From assembly GCA_963662545.2 (NCBI GenBank), contig CAXXLL010000003.1, positions 2,048,001-2,112,000 on the forward strand: DNA of 64,000 nucleotides, given 5' to 3'. Positions 30,260 to 40,191 of the stretch are shown one piece after another; within the stretch, counting starts at the first letter, position 1; the number at the start of each line of letters is the position of its first letter. The notes under the pieces are model-generated. The model did not search any database and had not been told where the DNA came from. It saw nothing but the letters and a program-made list of their open reading frames with translations. The position numbers were made by a program, and so were the translations under genes. This DNA comes from Gammaproteobacteria bacterium (GTDB lineage: Bacteria > Pseudomonadota > Gammaproteobacteria > Ga0077536).

Positions 30260-31981
30260 GTGTCCACGGGGAGCCCGATGATTTCACCTCAACGGCGACT
30301 GGATCTAGCGGTTTTAGTCATCTTGGCGATCGGCGCCGGGTGCGGTCTGGTCTACGAATTTCTTTTATCCCACTACGCGGGACGGGTGCTCGGCGCGGTC
30401 GAGGTCGCCATCTTTGGCATCATTACCGTGATGATGGTTTTCATGGGGGTGGGCTCGTTTCTGGCCCGTAAAATCGCTAACCCATACGTCGGTTTCGCCT
30501 GGCTCGAAGTCCTTCTCGCGCTGCTGGGCAGCACCAGCGTGCTGCTCATTGGCGGCCTGTTCGCACTTTCCGAGCTGTTTCCAAAAATATTGATGGAAAC
30601 CTTTTCCATCACCGAGGATCTGAGGCCCACCGGTGGCGTGATCGAGACGGTGCGAACCATTGTTACCCTTTCCCCTTACGTTTTCGGGGCCATTCTCGGC
30701 ACGATGATCGGCATGGAGATCCCCTTGATCGGAGAGATCCGGGTCAGGATATTCGACAACACGCTCAAGAATAACGTGGGCGCCATTTACGGTATCGACT
30801 ATATCGGGGCCGGAGTAGGCGCGACCTTATGGTTGGTATTCATGCTGGCGATGGACGTCTCACTTGCGGGCGCGGTGACCGCGTCGATCAATCTATTGTT
30901 AGGCATTGCGTTCTGCATACTCTTCCGAGGCGAGATTAAACGGCCGGCGGCATTATTGGCGGCCTATGCCCTAACCGGAATCGTCATCATGCAGGTGTAT
31001 GACAAAGGCGCGGACTGGTCGGCCTCGATCGAGGATTTACTTTATCGAGACCAGGTTCTATTCCGTGTCAATACCGATCATCAAAGGCTGGTCGTCACTG
31101 AGAGAACGATGGATCCCGCGAAGCCGACCGTGCTGAGTTTTTATATAAATGGACGGATTCAGTTCGCCAGCAATGACGAACACATTTATCATGCGATGTT
31201 GACCTACCCAGCCTTGGCGGCATCTGCGCGTCAGGAGAAAATTTTGATCATTGGCGGAGGCGACGGACTCGCATTGCGGGATGTTTTGCGCTGGGATCCC
31301 AAAACCGTGACGCTACTCGACTTGGACGAAGATCTGGTGCGTTTGTTTCGGGACGAGGTGTCGGGCTCGGTGGACAATGCCCGTCTAATTGAGGCCAACG
31401 ACCGAGCATTCAGCGATCCGCGTGTTGAAACACGCTTTGGCGACGCGTTCTTGACCGTGAACGGATTACTCAGGAACGAAGAAGTATTCGACGCCATCAT
31501 CGTCGACCTCCCGGATCCCTCGCACCCTGATTTGAACAAATTGTACAGCGCCCGATTTTACGCGAAGCTGAACGCGTTGTTGGCCGGAGACGGAGCGATG
31601 GCGGTGCAATCGACCAGCCCCTATCACGCGAAGAAAACTTTTATCAGTATAGGCAAGACCGTTCGGCATTCGGGCTTTTATCACGTCGAGCAGTATCACG
31701 CCAATGTCCCGTCATTTGGTGAGTGGGGTTGGACCATCGCCGTTAAGAACGGTAATTCCGCTCGCGATCGCATCACCGAAATGAAGTCCCCACCAGTGGA
31801 TGATGAGTGGATTACGAAGGGCCTGATGCTCGCCGCGTTCGAGTTTGAAAAAGGTTTTTACGACGACCAGGAAGCCATTGAGGTCAATCGCCTCGGAACC
31901 ATGGTGGTCTATCGGTATCACCATAACGATTGGCGCCGTGATATGGGTATCTATCAATTACCAGAAGGAGAAGACCATTGA
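30260..31981 (+). CDS. Membrane-anchored polyamine aminopropyltransferase (multi-TM + spermidine synthase domain)
   Basis: GLVYE start, about 7 TM helices, QF.S.DEHIYH, LIIGGGDGLALR, AIIVDLPDP, VPSFGEWG. Confidence 0.92.
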   Translation: MSTGSPMISPQRRLDLAVLVILAIGAGCGLVYEFLLSHYAGRVLGAVEVAIFGIITVMMVFMGVGSFLARKIANPYVGFAWLEVLLALLGSTSVLLIGGLFALSELFPKILMETFSITEDLRPTGGVIETVRTIVTLSPYVFGAILGTMIGMEIPLIGEIRVRIFDNTLKNNVGAIYGIDYIGAGVGATLWLVFMLAMDVSLAGAVTASINLLLGIAFCILFRGEIKRPAALLAAYALTGIVIMQVYDKGADWSASIEDLLYRDQVLFRVNTDHQRLVVTERTMDPAKPTVLSFYINGRIQFASNDEHIYHAMLTYPALAASARQEKILIIGGGDGLALRDVLRWDPKTVTLLDLDEDLVRLFRDEVSGSVDNARLIEANDRAFSDPRVETRFGDAFLTVNGLLRNEEVFDAIIVDLPDPSHPDLNKLYSARFYAKLNALLAGDGAMAVQSTSPYHAKKTFISIGKTVRHSGFYHVEQYHANVPSFGEWGWTIAVKNGNSARDRITEMKSPPVDDEWITKGLMLAAFEFEKGFYDDQEAIEVNRLGTMVVYRYHHNDWRRDMGIYQLPEGEDH

Positions 31982-32394
31982 ATGACAAGCTTAATGAAAT
32001 CGTCACCGCTTTGAACGGTGCGAAGACAGAAGAGGGTCTGGGGATCCAGGCGGAAGTTGTCGATGCTGGCGAGGGCCTGGTTAAGGTCGAACTGGAGGAG
32101 CGCGAGGAATTCCCGATCATGATCGATGTCAGTGAGGATCAGATCACGGCGATCGCCAACTTGTGGGACCAACACGACGTCAAGGAAGGTATGGAGACAG
32201 AGATGATGAACGTCATGCTGTCGATGAACATTGCGCTTCCGCTATCGGCCTTTGCCAAAACCGGCAGTACTTATCAACTGTTCGGAGCGATGTCGGCGAA
32301 CACCGTTATGGCCAACGTCGTAGAAGAAATAACCGTACTGAGTGACAACACGATTGCCGTATTCGAGGCCCTTGGTGAGTACCTGAACCGGTAA
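31978..32394 (+). CDS. YjfI-family (DUF2170, CesT-like chaperone fold) protein
   Basis: LPLSAFAK..YQLFGAMS..EEITVLSDN; immediately before PspA as in E. coli yjfI-yjfJ. Confidence 0.8.
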   Translation: MNDKLNEIVTALNGAKTEEGLGIQAEVVDAGEGLVKVELEEREEFPIMIDVSEDQITAIANLWDQHDVKEGMETEMMNVMLSMNIALPLSAFAKTGSTYQLFGAMSANTVMANVVEEITVLSDNTIAVFEALGEYLNR

Positions 32395-32429
32395 TTTTCG
32401 CGAACATTTTGTCTTAAGGAGAACACAAC

Positions 32430-33125
32430 ATGAGTTGGTTAAATGAACTGTTTGATTCCGTGCGCGGCCACGTGAATGCTACCGGCGAGGCCTTGGCGGA
32501 TTCCCAGGCAATCCCGGCGCTGGAGCAGAAAATTCGCGACGCCAAGAAGGATCTGGCCAAGTCCAAGAGCGCCCTGACGGAGATCATGTCGCAAGAGAAA
32601 ATGACCAAAAAACGGGTCCACGACCTCGAGGCAAGCCTGACTGAACATGAAGAATACGCGGTGCAGGCGAGCGACAAGGGCGACGATAATTTGATGAATG
32701 AAATCGTCGATAAGATCGCAGAGATCGAAGATGATCTCGGAGCGCAGCGTGAAGTGCATACGCAACTGCAAGCAAATGTCGGGCGCATCAAAGCAACCGT
32801 TCTCGAGACCGAACGCGGAGTCAAGGCGATGGATCGTGAGGTGAAGAATATAAAAGCGACTGAATATGCCCAGCGAGCCGCTGAGGCAACCGCGGCCCAG
32901 CATTCGGGATCATCGGCCTCCATGGCGAGCGCGGCGGAACGCATGAAGCGTATAAAAGCCCGACAGGAGGAGCGGCGGCATCGCATGGATGCAGCCCGGG
33001 AACTCGCCGATGCCGAGAGCGGTGACGATCTCAAAGCCAAATTAGCGGCCGCCGGCATCGGCGCTAAAAAGCCATCTCGCGAAGCCATTCTGGAGCGTAT
33101 CAACGCCCGCAGGTCGGCTGGTTGA
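32430..33125 (+). CDS. pspA: PspA/IM30-family protein (YjfJ-like)
   Basis: Amphipathic N-helix, LEQKIRDA, long coiled coil, DLKAKLAAAGI...AILERI. Confidence 0.9.
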   Translation: MSWLNELFDSVRGHVNATGEALADSQAIPALEQKIRDAKKDLAKSKSALTEIMSQEKMTKKRVHDLEASLTEHEEYAVQASDKGDDNLMNEIVDKIAEIEDDLGAQREVHTQLQANVGRIKATVLETERGVKAMDREVKNIKATEYAQRAAEATAAQHSGSSASMASAAERMKRIKARQEERRHRMDAARELADAESGDDLKAKLAAAGIGAKKPSREAILERINARRSAG

Positions 33126-33137
33126 CGGGGATCACAC

Positions 33138-33800
33138 GTGAGCTTTCTGAAGCGATTCGGTATCGGCAAGGACCGCGACAAAAGTCCCCGCATACTCGAG
33201 CACCCACGGCATCTCGAACCCGGGGATATCATCCGGTTCGGGTTTGCCGCCCAGACCGAGATCAGCAGCGAAAGCTTCACCGTCGATCGGGTCGAGACGC
33301 TCGATATCGGAGGCGACGCCACTAAGCTGACTTATTTCATGCTGTCGGGCGTGAAACATTCAGTCCGCCTGCACATAGTAGACGACGATACCGTGGAAAT
33401 AGCCCTCGAGGTTCTGCCCGAGGTTCTGTTCGCGGCTTTTAATGAAGATGATCTCGCCGAGGTGCTTGAGCCCGACAGCGGCGAACACCATCACATTACT
33501 GCACGTAAGCTGAGCAAGATTCCATCAGAGGTTCAACCGTGGGTTGGGACGAAGTACCGACAAGAAGCCTATGACAATGCCTATCTCCACAAAGGCGATT
33601 ACAGAAACCGGGCGTTGCCAACCACCGTGGGCGCAGAGGGGATCGGCTGTGACTACGTCATGCTGATCAGCGACGACCGCGAGCGAAGTTTGGAATTTCG
33701 GGTCTTCGACGGCGGCCGGACCGAGGCCCATTTGTGCGCATTATTACCGGTGAGAAAAATCGAGGAATTATGGCCTCGTAGCGGGAAGCCTGACGTGTGA
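33138..33800 (+). CDS. Uncharacterised protein in the YjfK/DUF4178-like position
   Basis: Operonic after PspA; HPRHLEPGDII start, beta-rich; family assignment from context only. Confidence 0.6.
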   Translation: MSFLKRFGIGKDRDKSPRILEHPRHLEPGDIIRFGFAAQTEISSESFTVDRVETLDIGGDATKLTYFMLSGVKHSVRLHIVDDDTVEIALEVLPEVLFAAFNEDDLAEVLEPDSGEHHHITARKLSKIPSEVQPWVGTKYRQEAYDNAYLHKGDYRNRALPTTVGAEGIGCDYVMLISDDRERSLEFRVFDGGRTEAHLCALLPVRKIEELWPRSGKPDV

Positions 33801-34903
33801 TTCACCTACTGCGTTCTTTGCTATACGAGCGCCGGTTCCGCAGCCTGGCGTTTACCGAAGATGAGCTAAAACGCGAGATGTTGCGGTCATCATTCTTCGT
33901 GATGGTGATCTTTATGCTGCATGTGATCGCAATGATGGTCTTTGAAGGCATGCCGGTAGGTGATGCCTTGTGGCTCACATTCACCACGGCGACAACGGTG
34001 GGTTACGGGGACATATCCGCCACGACTCTCCCGGGTCGTGGCGCTACCGTGGTGCTGCTCTACCTCGGCGGAATTTTCATCGTGGCAAAGGCTGCGGGTG
34101 ATTATTTCGACTATCGAGCGAAATCCAGATTACGTAAGAAATGCGGTAATTGGAGCTGGCATATGAACGGACATATCCTGATCATCAATACGCCACGTGA
34201 AGACGGTGAAAGATTCTTTCTCCGCGTCATTGAGCAGTTGCGGGCCAGTGAAGCGTACCGCGACAAAATGGTTCAAATCGTCACACGCCAGTTCGCGGAC
34301 GGCCTCCCCGACCGACTTGCGCAGCTGACGGGACTCGCCCATCACAATGGCGACGGCAGCGACCCGGATACGCTCAAGCGCGTGGATGCAAACGAGGCCG
34401 CTGTCATCGTCATTCTCGCCCGCAAGGAGACCGATGTCGGATCCGACAGCCGCACCTTCGACATTCTCCATCGCTTGCGGGACCTTGGCATTGAGGACGC
34501 TTTGGTCTTGGCGGAGTGTGTGGACGATCGCAATCGCGAACGGTTCAGGCAGGTCGGCGCAGACATCATCATTCGCCCGGTACGGGCCTATCCGGAAATG
34601 TTGGTGCGTGGACTGGTGGCGCCGGGATCCGAACAGATCATCGAAAACATGTTCACGTCGAGTTCTGCTGAATACGCGCGGTATGACCTTGCGATAAACG
34701 GCAAGACATGGTCCGAGGTGGTCTGTACACTAATGCGTGACGATCTCGGGACTGCCGTCGGCTACATCGATGCGGACACGGGCCAGCTCGAAACGAACCC
34801 GCGCGCACGAAACCAGATAAACGGGTCGGCTCTGTTTATCATTGCCAGCGAAGGCGCAATACCAAACGTCGAGCAGGTCCGGGACTCCTTAGCTGCCGCA
34901 TAA
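33797..34903 (+). CDS. 2-TM potassium channel with RCK domain (MthK/Kch-like)
   Basis: Filter TTVGYGD, GHILIIN, GDGSDPDTL, GADIIIRP. Confidence 0.9.
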   Translation: MIHLLRSLLYERRFRSLAFTEDELKREMLRSSFFVMVIFMLHVIAMMVFEGMPVGDALWLTFTTATTVGYGDISATTLPGRGATVVLLYLGGIFIVAKAAGDYFDYRAKSRLRKKCGNWSWHMNGHILIINTPREDGERFFLRVIEQLRASEAYRDKMVQIVTRQFADGLPDRLAQLTGLAHHNGDGSDPDTLKRVDANEAAVIVILARKETDVGSDSRTFDILHRLRDLGIEDALVLAECVDDRNRERFRQVGADIIIRPVRAYPEMLVRGLVAPGSEQIIENMFTSSSAEYARYDLAINGKTWSEVVCTLMRDDLGTAVGYIDADTGQLETNPRARNQINGSALFIIASEGAIPNVEQVRDSLAAA

Positions 34904-34956
34904 GTGCTGCGGAATCGCGACGAAGACCTGGTTATAAGAGAAATGGGGAGCGAGCG

Positions 34957-35901
34957 ATGACGAAGAAAAAGGCATTGGGCGGATGGTTTACTTGCGCGCT
35001 ACTCACCGCCTTGGTTTTCGTGAACGGCTGTTCCAATCAGTACGCAGAAGAAACCAGGCGGCAAAAACAGACGGTCACGGCCAAACTCAGCGCTCTCGGC
35101 TCGAAGATAAACTCAGGCGAGCTCGCCAATATCCTTCTTATCGCCAACTACGCCGATAAACTCGCGCAATCAAAGCCCGATCTGGAGCCCGTAGCTGGCG
35201 TGTTACGACAGGATGCGACGACGTCGGGTCCGCTCTACCAGGGTTTGAAAGAACGCCTCGCTGCCGTCAAAGACGAGCCGGCCAACAAAAATGAGTTTCT
35301 GCCGATCATCGGGGAACTCGACTCCTTGAACGCGGCGACCGATCCCACCATCTTCAATGACAGTTTGATCGACGTCGTGAACACGCTGGCCGATCTCTCA
35401 GGCGGTGAGCTGGCCCGAATCAACATCCCTCAAAATGCCCTGGCCGCAAATGTGCAAGGGAACCCTGTCGCGGGTAGCTACCTCGTTGGTAACCCGTCCT
35501 ACGGTCGCTGGAACAGCGATTCCGGCGGTCGGTCGTTTTGGGTGTTTTATGGTCAGTACCGATTGTTTTCGGATGTCTTGTTCGGCCGGGGATACCACCG
35601 CGGCCCGCTTTACTACAACAGCTGGTACGGCGGTGCTAACCGCTATTCGTATTACAACGATTATGGGCGGAGCACTTACGGGAGGGCCGGCGATCGCGGC
35701 TTTACCCGCGCCCGTCGTAGTGACATGCGATCGAAGGGGCTCACGGTACCCACCCCGGCCAAGCAATATGGATCGGCGGCCGGGAATAAGCGCGTGAGCA
35801 CCTATGCCGCTGCGCGTACCAATCGCGCCCAAGGGGCATCGAAGAGACAATCCAGCTTATTCGGCAGCAGTTCCCGCCGCGCGCGCGCGGGCGGCAAATA
35901 G
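34957..35901 (+). CDS. Lipoprotein with Tyr/Gly-rich segment and Arg/Ser/Gly-rich tail
   Basis: Lipobox-like VNG-C; LVGNPSYGRW..SFWVFYGQY; tail SSLFGSSSRRARAGGK. Confidence 0.75.
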   Translation: MTKKKALGGWFTCALLTALVFVNGCSNQYAEETRRQKQTVTAKLSALGSKINSGELANILLIANYADKLAQSKPDLEPVAGVLRQDATTSGPLYQGLKERLAAVKDEPANKNEFLPIIGELDSLNAATDPTIFNDSLIDVVNTLADLSGGELARINIPQNALAANVQGNPVAGSYLVGNPSYGRWNSDSGGRSFWVFYGQYRLFSDVLFGRGYHRGPLYYNSWYGGANRYSYYNDYGRSTYGRAGDRGFTRARRSDMRSKGLTVPTPAKQYGSAAGNKRVSTYAAARTNRAQGASKRQSSLFGSSSRRARAGGK

Positions 35902-35930
35902 AAAGATTTATTTATTAAAGGAGAGGGAAA

Positions 35931-36836
35931 GTGGAGCAGATCGCCTCATTGTTGATACTCCAAGACGCGTCGATCAACTACTACGCCATCGATTTCATCA
36001 TGATGCTCGGGTTCATGGCTGCGTTGCGTATTCTGGCGGGCTCGATTGCCGAAGTGTCTTTGACGGACGTGTTGGCAACACAAGACAATTTCGCCGTCGG
36101 CATTTCCCTCGCCGGCGCGATCGTGGCCGTCGCTGTGTTGATGATGGGTGTTGTATCAGGTGATGCCGGCGGAAGCTACGTAGACGAAATCTCCTTGATG
36201 GCCGGCTACGGCGTACTGGCAATGGTGTTGATGTGGCTGACGCGGAAAGTCTTCGATCACATCGCCTTGCCCGGCGTTTCCATTCACGAGGAGATCATGA
36301 AAGGAAATGTGGCCGCGGGCCTCGTCGATGCGGGAAACATGATCGCCACCGCGATTATCGTGAGAGCCGCGATGACGTGGGTGGACGGCGCTACTTTAAC
36401 GGGGCTCGCGATGGTTGTGGCCGCCTACATTGCGTCGCAGATCATTCTCGTTCTCGCCACGCTTTATCGCAAGAAAGTGTTCGAAGCACGACATCAAGGA
36501 AAACGGACCTTGGGCGGTGAACTTGCCGATGGCAATACCGCGCTCGCCGTCCGGTTCGCCGGATACCGCCTGGGTGTTGGCCTCGCCGTAACGGCGACGT
36601 CGGGCGTCGTGACCTATGATCCGGCGTTGCTCCCGTTGTCGATGGCCGTATGGTGCATAGTTGCGGTGGTCATGTTTGTCGCCCAGTCGACCTTATCCAT
36701 TGCACTGCGTCTCGTTCTCCTTCCCGGCATCGACATCGGCAAGGAAGTTGGCGAGCAACGCAACGTCGCGATCGGCGCGATCGAAGCAGCGATCTATATC
36801 GGCGTCGGATTCGCGTTCGTCGGCTTGTTGGGATGA
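35931..36836 (+). CDS. Tandem DUF350 membrane protein (YjfL-like)
   Basis: Repeated DNFAVGI, GNVAAGL, GNTALAV, RNVAIGA motifs; about 8 TM. Confidence 0.88.
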   Translation: MEQIASLLILQDASINYYAIDFIMMLGFMAALRILAGSIAEVSLTDVLATQDNFAVGISLAGAIVAVAVLMMGVVSGDAGGSYVDEISLMAGYGVLAMVLMWLTRKVFDHIALPGVSIHEEIMKGNVAAGLVDAGNMIATAIIVRAAMTWVDGATLTGLAMVVAAYIASQIILVLATLYRKKVFEARHQGKRTLGGELADGNTALAVRFAGYRLGVGLAVTATSGVVTYDPALLPLSMAVWCIVAVVMFVAQSTLSIALRLVLLPGIDIGKEVGEQRNVAIGAIEAAIYIGVGFAFVGLLG

Positions 36837-37006
36837 GGCGGCTGTTCCCCTAAATAATCGTCTGTATTGATTCTATAGCTTTCCCGGACGAGCAAGGCTA
36901 GTCTTCGGGTGATGCTCAATCGGGTGGTGATCATCGCGGGAGCGCTGAGATCGGCGCTGCGTTTTCAATGGGAACTAGCCTTGAAGACGTCGTTGCGATT
37001 AGCATT

Positions 37007-37150
37007 TTGATTCGCCAGGTGTGTATGGCCAATCCAATGTGGGGCGCGCCTCGGATACATTGAGAGCTATTGAAGCTCGGATTTAGCGTGTCCGAGGCTA
37101 CGGTTTCCAAATACATGATCAAGCATTCCAGGCCGCCTTCTCGGAGTGGA
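37007..37150 (+). pseudogene. Integrase/transposase N-terminal remnant
   Basis: LIRQVCMANPMWGAPRIH*ELLKLGFSVSEATVSKYM matches the WGAPRIHGELLKLG motif; TGA at 37061 replaces Gly. Confidence 0.75.
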
Positions 37151-37454
37151 ATCGATTTTACGCCGTATACCTGCAACGCGAGCGCGGGATCATAACGGAT
37201 GGAGAATTCGGATTAACGCAAGGGACGATCGCCTTTATCATTACCCAATGGAACGAGCGCGGAGATTCCGACTTTGATGACCCATTGTGGGGACCCTCTC
37301 TATTTGGTAAAGAGTTTTATCAATGGGCGAGTGAAAGGCGTCGGCAGATTAAGAGCGCCCGCGGGTTAAACGGCGTTTAACAATGAGGTCACGAAGGGCA
37401 CCTATTGCGCGACCGTTCATTCTTAAATCGCACTCCAACCGCTAGCGACATCAA

Positions 37455-37958
37455 ATGACACTGGACACACTTGTAAAATTGGCCGAATTTATAGGCGGCG
37501 CCGCGGTCGTTATCTCTCTCATTTACCTTGCGCTGCAGGCGAGGCAATCGGCGCAGATGGAGAAGTCTGAGAACTACGGGCGCGTTTTCGACATGGCCTC
37601 TGCCATTATTTCAAGGGTTATCGAAAACGCGGAAGTTGCCAATCTTATGATCGTGGGGTCGACGAATATTGACGAGATGGAGACCGTCGATCGCGTTCGC
37701 TTTGGATTGCTGATGTACGACATATTCGGTGCCTACGAATTCGTGTTCGAACAATCCCAGGCCAAGGCATTGCCGAAACATGTGTGGGCGCATTATCTGC
37801 AACATCTCGAATTCTGGTCATCGCTCCCGGGTGTAAAAAAGTGGTGGGCGTCGAAGAAAGCAATATTCAGCGCACATTTCATGGATATCGCTTCGGCGTA
37901 TATAGAGAAACCGGGCTTGAGCCCCGAAGAGACGCGTGAAATGTGGCGTACGTGGTGA
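37455..37958 (+). CDS. Hypothetical protein with N-terminal TM helix
   Basis: LAEFIGGAAVVISLIYLALQ; related to 38826. Confidence 0.7.
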   Translation: MTLDTLVKLAEFIGGAAVVISLIYLALQARQSAQMEKSENYGRVFDMASAIISRVIENAEVANLMIVGSTNIDEMETVDRVRFGLLMYDIFGAYEFVFEQSQAKALPKHVWAHYLQHLEFWSSLPGVKKWWASKKAIFSAHFMDIASAYIEKPGLSPEETREMWRTW

Positions 37959-37990
37959 ACGCCACACGGCGAAGAGGAGGTTTTAATGCA

Positions 37991-38803
37991 ATGCTTGATC
38001 AATCATCCGAGGCATATCTAAACGCCCGTATCCTAATCACCCTGGCGCTCTGGTTCATCGCCTCGCCGTTGTTCGCCTTCGACCTCGCTGACTACCAGCT
38101 CGTGGATCTCAGTTACCCACTGAACAGTGAAGCGATCTACTGGCCGACCCAAGCGTCCGGATTCGAAAAGCACGAAATGGCTTACGGTGAAACCGAAGCC
38201 GGCTTCTTCTATTCGTCCTATTCGATCTGCACGCCCGAGCATGTTGGCACCCACCTGGATGCGCCCTTACATTTCGCTGCTGAGGGTCAGACGACCGATC
38301 AGATACCCTTGCACCGCTTGATTGCGCCGGGCGTCGTTATTGACGTGACCGAACAGGCAGCGGCAGATCGGAACTATATTCTCGATACTTCAGATGTGCT
38401 TGCATTCGAAGCCGAGCACGGCCCTATCGAGCCGGGAAGCGTCGTTCTTCTTCGTACCGGATGGGGCCGATATTGGCCTGACAAACAGGCGTATCTGGGT
38501 GACGACACGCCCGGCGATGCGAGCAAGCTCGAGTTTCCGAGTTACGGTCCCGAGGCGGCGCGGTTTCTCGTTGACGAGCGACAGGTCGCCGTACTCGGCG
38601 TGGATACTGCCTCCATCGACTACGGAAAATCCACGGCCTTCGAAGTGCATCGCATCACTGGCGCCGCCAACGTCAGCGGTCTCGAAAACTTGATGGCGCT
38701 GGATCAGTTGCCACCCAGGGGTTTCGTCGTCGTCGCGCTGCCGATGAAGATCGAAGGCGGTTCCGGCGGCCCGGCCAGGGTCGTGGCGCTGGTCCCTAAG
38801 TAG
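37991..38803 (+). CDS. Cyclase / kynurenine formamidase-family metallohydrolase
   Basis: EHVGTHLDAPLHF, LLRTGW, GVDTASID, PMKIEGGSGGPAR. Confidence 0.9.
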   Translation: MLDQSSEAYLNARILITLALWFIASPLFAFDLADYQLVDLSYPLNSEAIYWPTQASGFEKHEMAYGETEAGFFYSSYSICTPEHVGTHLDAPLHFAAEGQTTDQIPLHRLIAPGVVIDVTEQAAADRNYILDTSDVLAFEAEHGPIEPGSVVLLRTGWGRYWPDKQAYLGDDTPGDASKLEFPSYGPEAARFLVDERQVAVLGVDTASIDYGKSTAFEVHRITGAANVSGLENLMALDQLPPRGFVVVALPMKIEGGSGGPARVVALVPK

Positions 38804-38825
38804 GCCCCCGCGGCGAGAGCGGACA

Positions 38826-39326
38826 ATGAATTGGCAAGCCCTCGGAACGGTCGCCGAAATCATCGGTGCTGCAGCGATCCTGATTACGCTGGTGTACCTG
38901 GCAGTACAGATCCGGCAGGCGAAAATCGTAACGCTCGGCCAGATCGTTCAATCACGGGCGAGTGAGTTCAATGTTGTGGCTGGGTCGTTAGCCGGGAACG
39001 GAGAACTCGCCGACATCATGACCCCGATGTCGAATAATGACGCGATCACGGATGCGAATGAACTGAGGATACGGGCTTTCATTATGATGTTGTGGAATCA
39101 GGTTTACTCCGCTTACGTTCATCGCCAGAGGGAGATCATCACCGAAGACGAATTCGCGTTGACCCAACAGACAATCGTTTTCATTCTTACTGGGTACAAC
39201 GGCTACGGCGATTCTTGCTTCGATGATCCCTCGGCGGAACCGTCATTATTTGGTGATGAGTTTTATCGTTCGGCGAGCAAACAGCGTGGGCAGATATTGG
39301 ACGCTGGGGAGAATGCCAATGAATGA
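38826..39326 (+). CDS. Hypothetical protein, paralog of 37455
   Basis: MNWQALGTVAEIIGAAAILITLVYLAVQIRQ. Confidence 0.7.
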   Translation: MNWQALGTVAEIIGAAAILITLVYLAVQIRQAKIVTLGQIVQSRASEFNVVAGSLAGNGELADIMTPMSNNDAITDANELRIRAFIMMLWNQVYSAYVHRQREIITEDEFALTQQTIVFILTGYNGYGDSCFDDPSAEPSLFGDEFYRSASKQRGQILDAGENANE

Positions 39327-39855
39327 CGAGATTATGGAAAATCCGGTAACGGGCGAAACGATGAAGGTACTCGAATCCACACAGGAGACCTTCAAGATTG
39401 AATACGCTCTACGCCCACACGGCGAAATTCCGCTCGAGCACTTTCATCCTGATGTCGAACAGGAGATCGCGGTCAGCTCGGGTGAGATGCACATCACGGT
39501 CAACGGCGAGCACGTCGTGATCAAGGCCGGAGAGTCGGCCACCGCGCCGAAGGGCGCCCTTCATTTTCAGTGGAACCCGTGCGACGAGGAAGCCGTCGCA
39601 ATCGAGACCTACCGGCCAGCGGGACGCAACCATGATTTTTTCAGAACGCTGTTTGGCCTCGCGCGCGATGGGCACACCGACGCGTACGGTATGCCGTCAA
39701 TGTTCATGCGCGCCGCCATCTTCACTGAATTCCGGGACACTATCAGACCTGCGGCAGTAAACACCCGGTTGGTGATTGCGTTGCTGGCGCCGATCAGTTG
39801 GTTACTCGGGCATCGACGTCGGGTAAAGCGATACGCTCGCGCGCGGGCCGACTGA
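39319..39855 (+). CDS. Cupin domain protein
   Basis: NPVTGE, EHFHP..EQ, G.LHFQWN. Confidence 0.82.
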   Translation: MNDEIMENPVTGETMKVLESTQETFKIEYALRPHGEIPLEHFHPDVEQEIAVSSGEMHITVNGEHVVIKAGESATAPKGALHFQWNPCDEEAVAIETYRPAGRNHDFFRTLFGLARDGHTDAYGMPSMFMRAAIFTEFRDTIRPAAVNTRLVIALLAPISWLLGHRRRVKRYARARAD

Positions 39856-39867
39856 CCATTCTCACGG

Positions 39868-40161
39868 GTGGCCCGTAGCCGGGGAAGCGTCGTGAATTTA
39901 TTCTGCGATCTCAGCGCGCCGAAATGGATGTACCTGAAGACCGTACTATTTTTTCTCATCCTGCTATCTTGCAGTGGACTACTCCTCATCGAAGCTCCCA
40001 CATGGCGCACGGTGATTTTTTTGGTCCTGCTGATCTGGTCCGCGGCGCGACTTTATTACTTCATGTTTTACGTAATCGAAAAATATATTGATCCCGATTT
40101 TAGATACTCGGGAATTGGTTCGGCTTTGTCGCATTTGTGGGGACGCATGCGCGGCGGTTAG
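39868..40161 (+). CDS. Small hypothetical membrane protein
   Basis: Two hydrophobic helices, RLYYFMFYVIEKYIDP. Confidence 0.6.
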   Translation: MARSRGSVVNLFCDLSAPKWMYLKTVLFFLILLSCSGLLLIEAPTWRTVIFLVLLIWSAARLYYFMFYVIEKYIDPDFRYSGIGSALSHLWGRMRGG

Positions 40162-40191
40162 GGTTTATCGAGATGGGAATAAAAATGCGTA

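Noticed and set aside
32414-33322. 302-aa antisense ORF over pspA, and similar long shadow ORFs such as 57716-58921
   Set aside because: Opposite well-supported genes; expected from high-GC codon bias; no motifs
37061-37063. TGA in the IS remnant as a fourth selenocysteine
   Set aside because: It replaces the conserved Gly of RIHGEL in a fragment with no start and no redox motif
37200-40161. Integron cassette array
   Set aside because: No integron integrase, and spacers are too short or overlapping to hold attC sites
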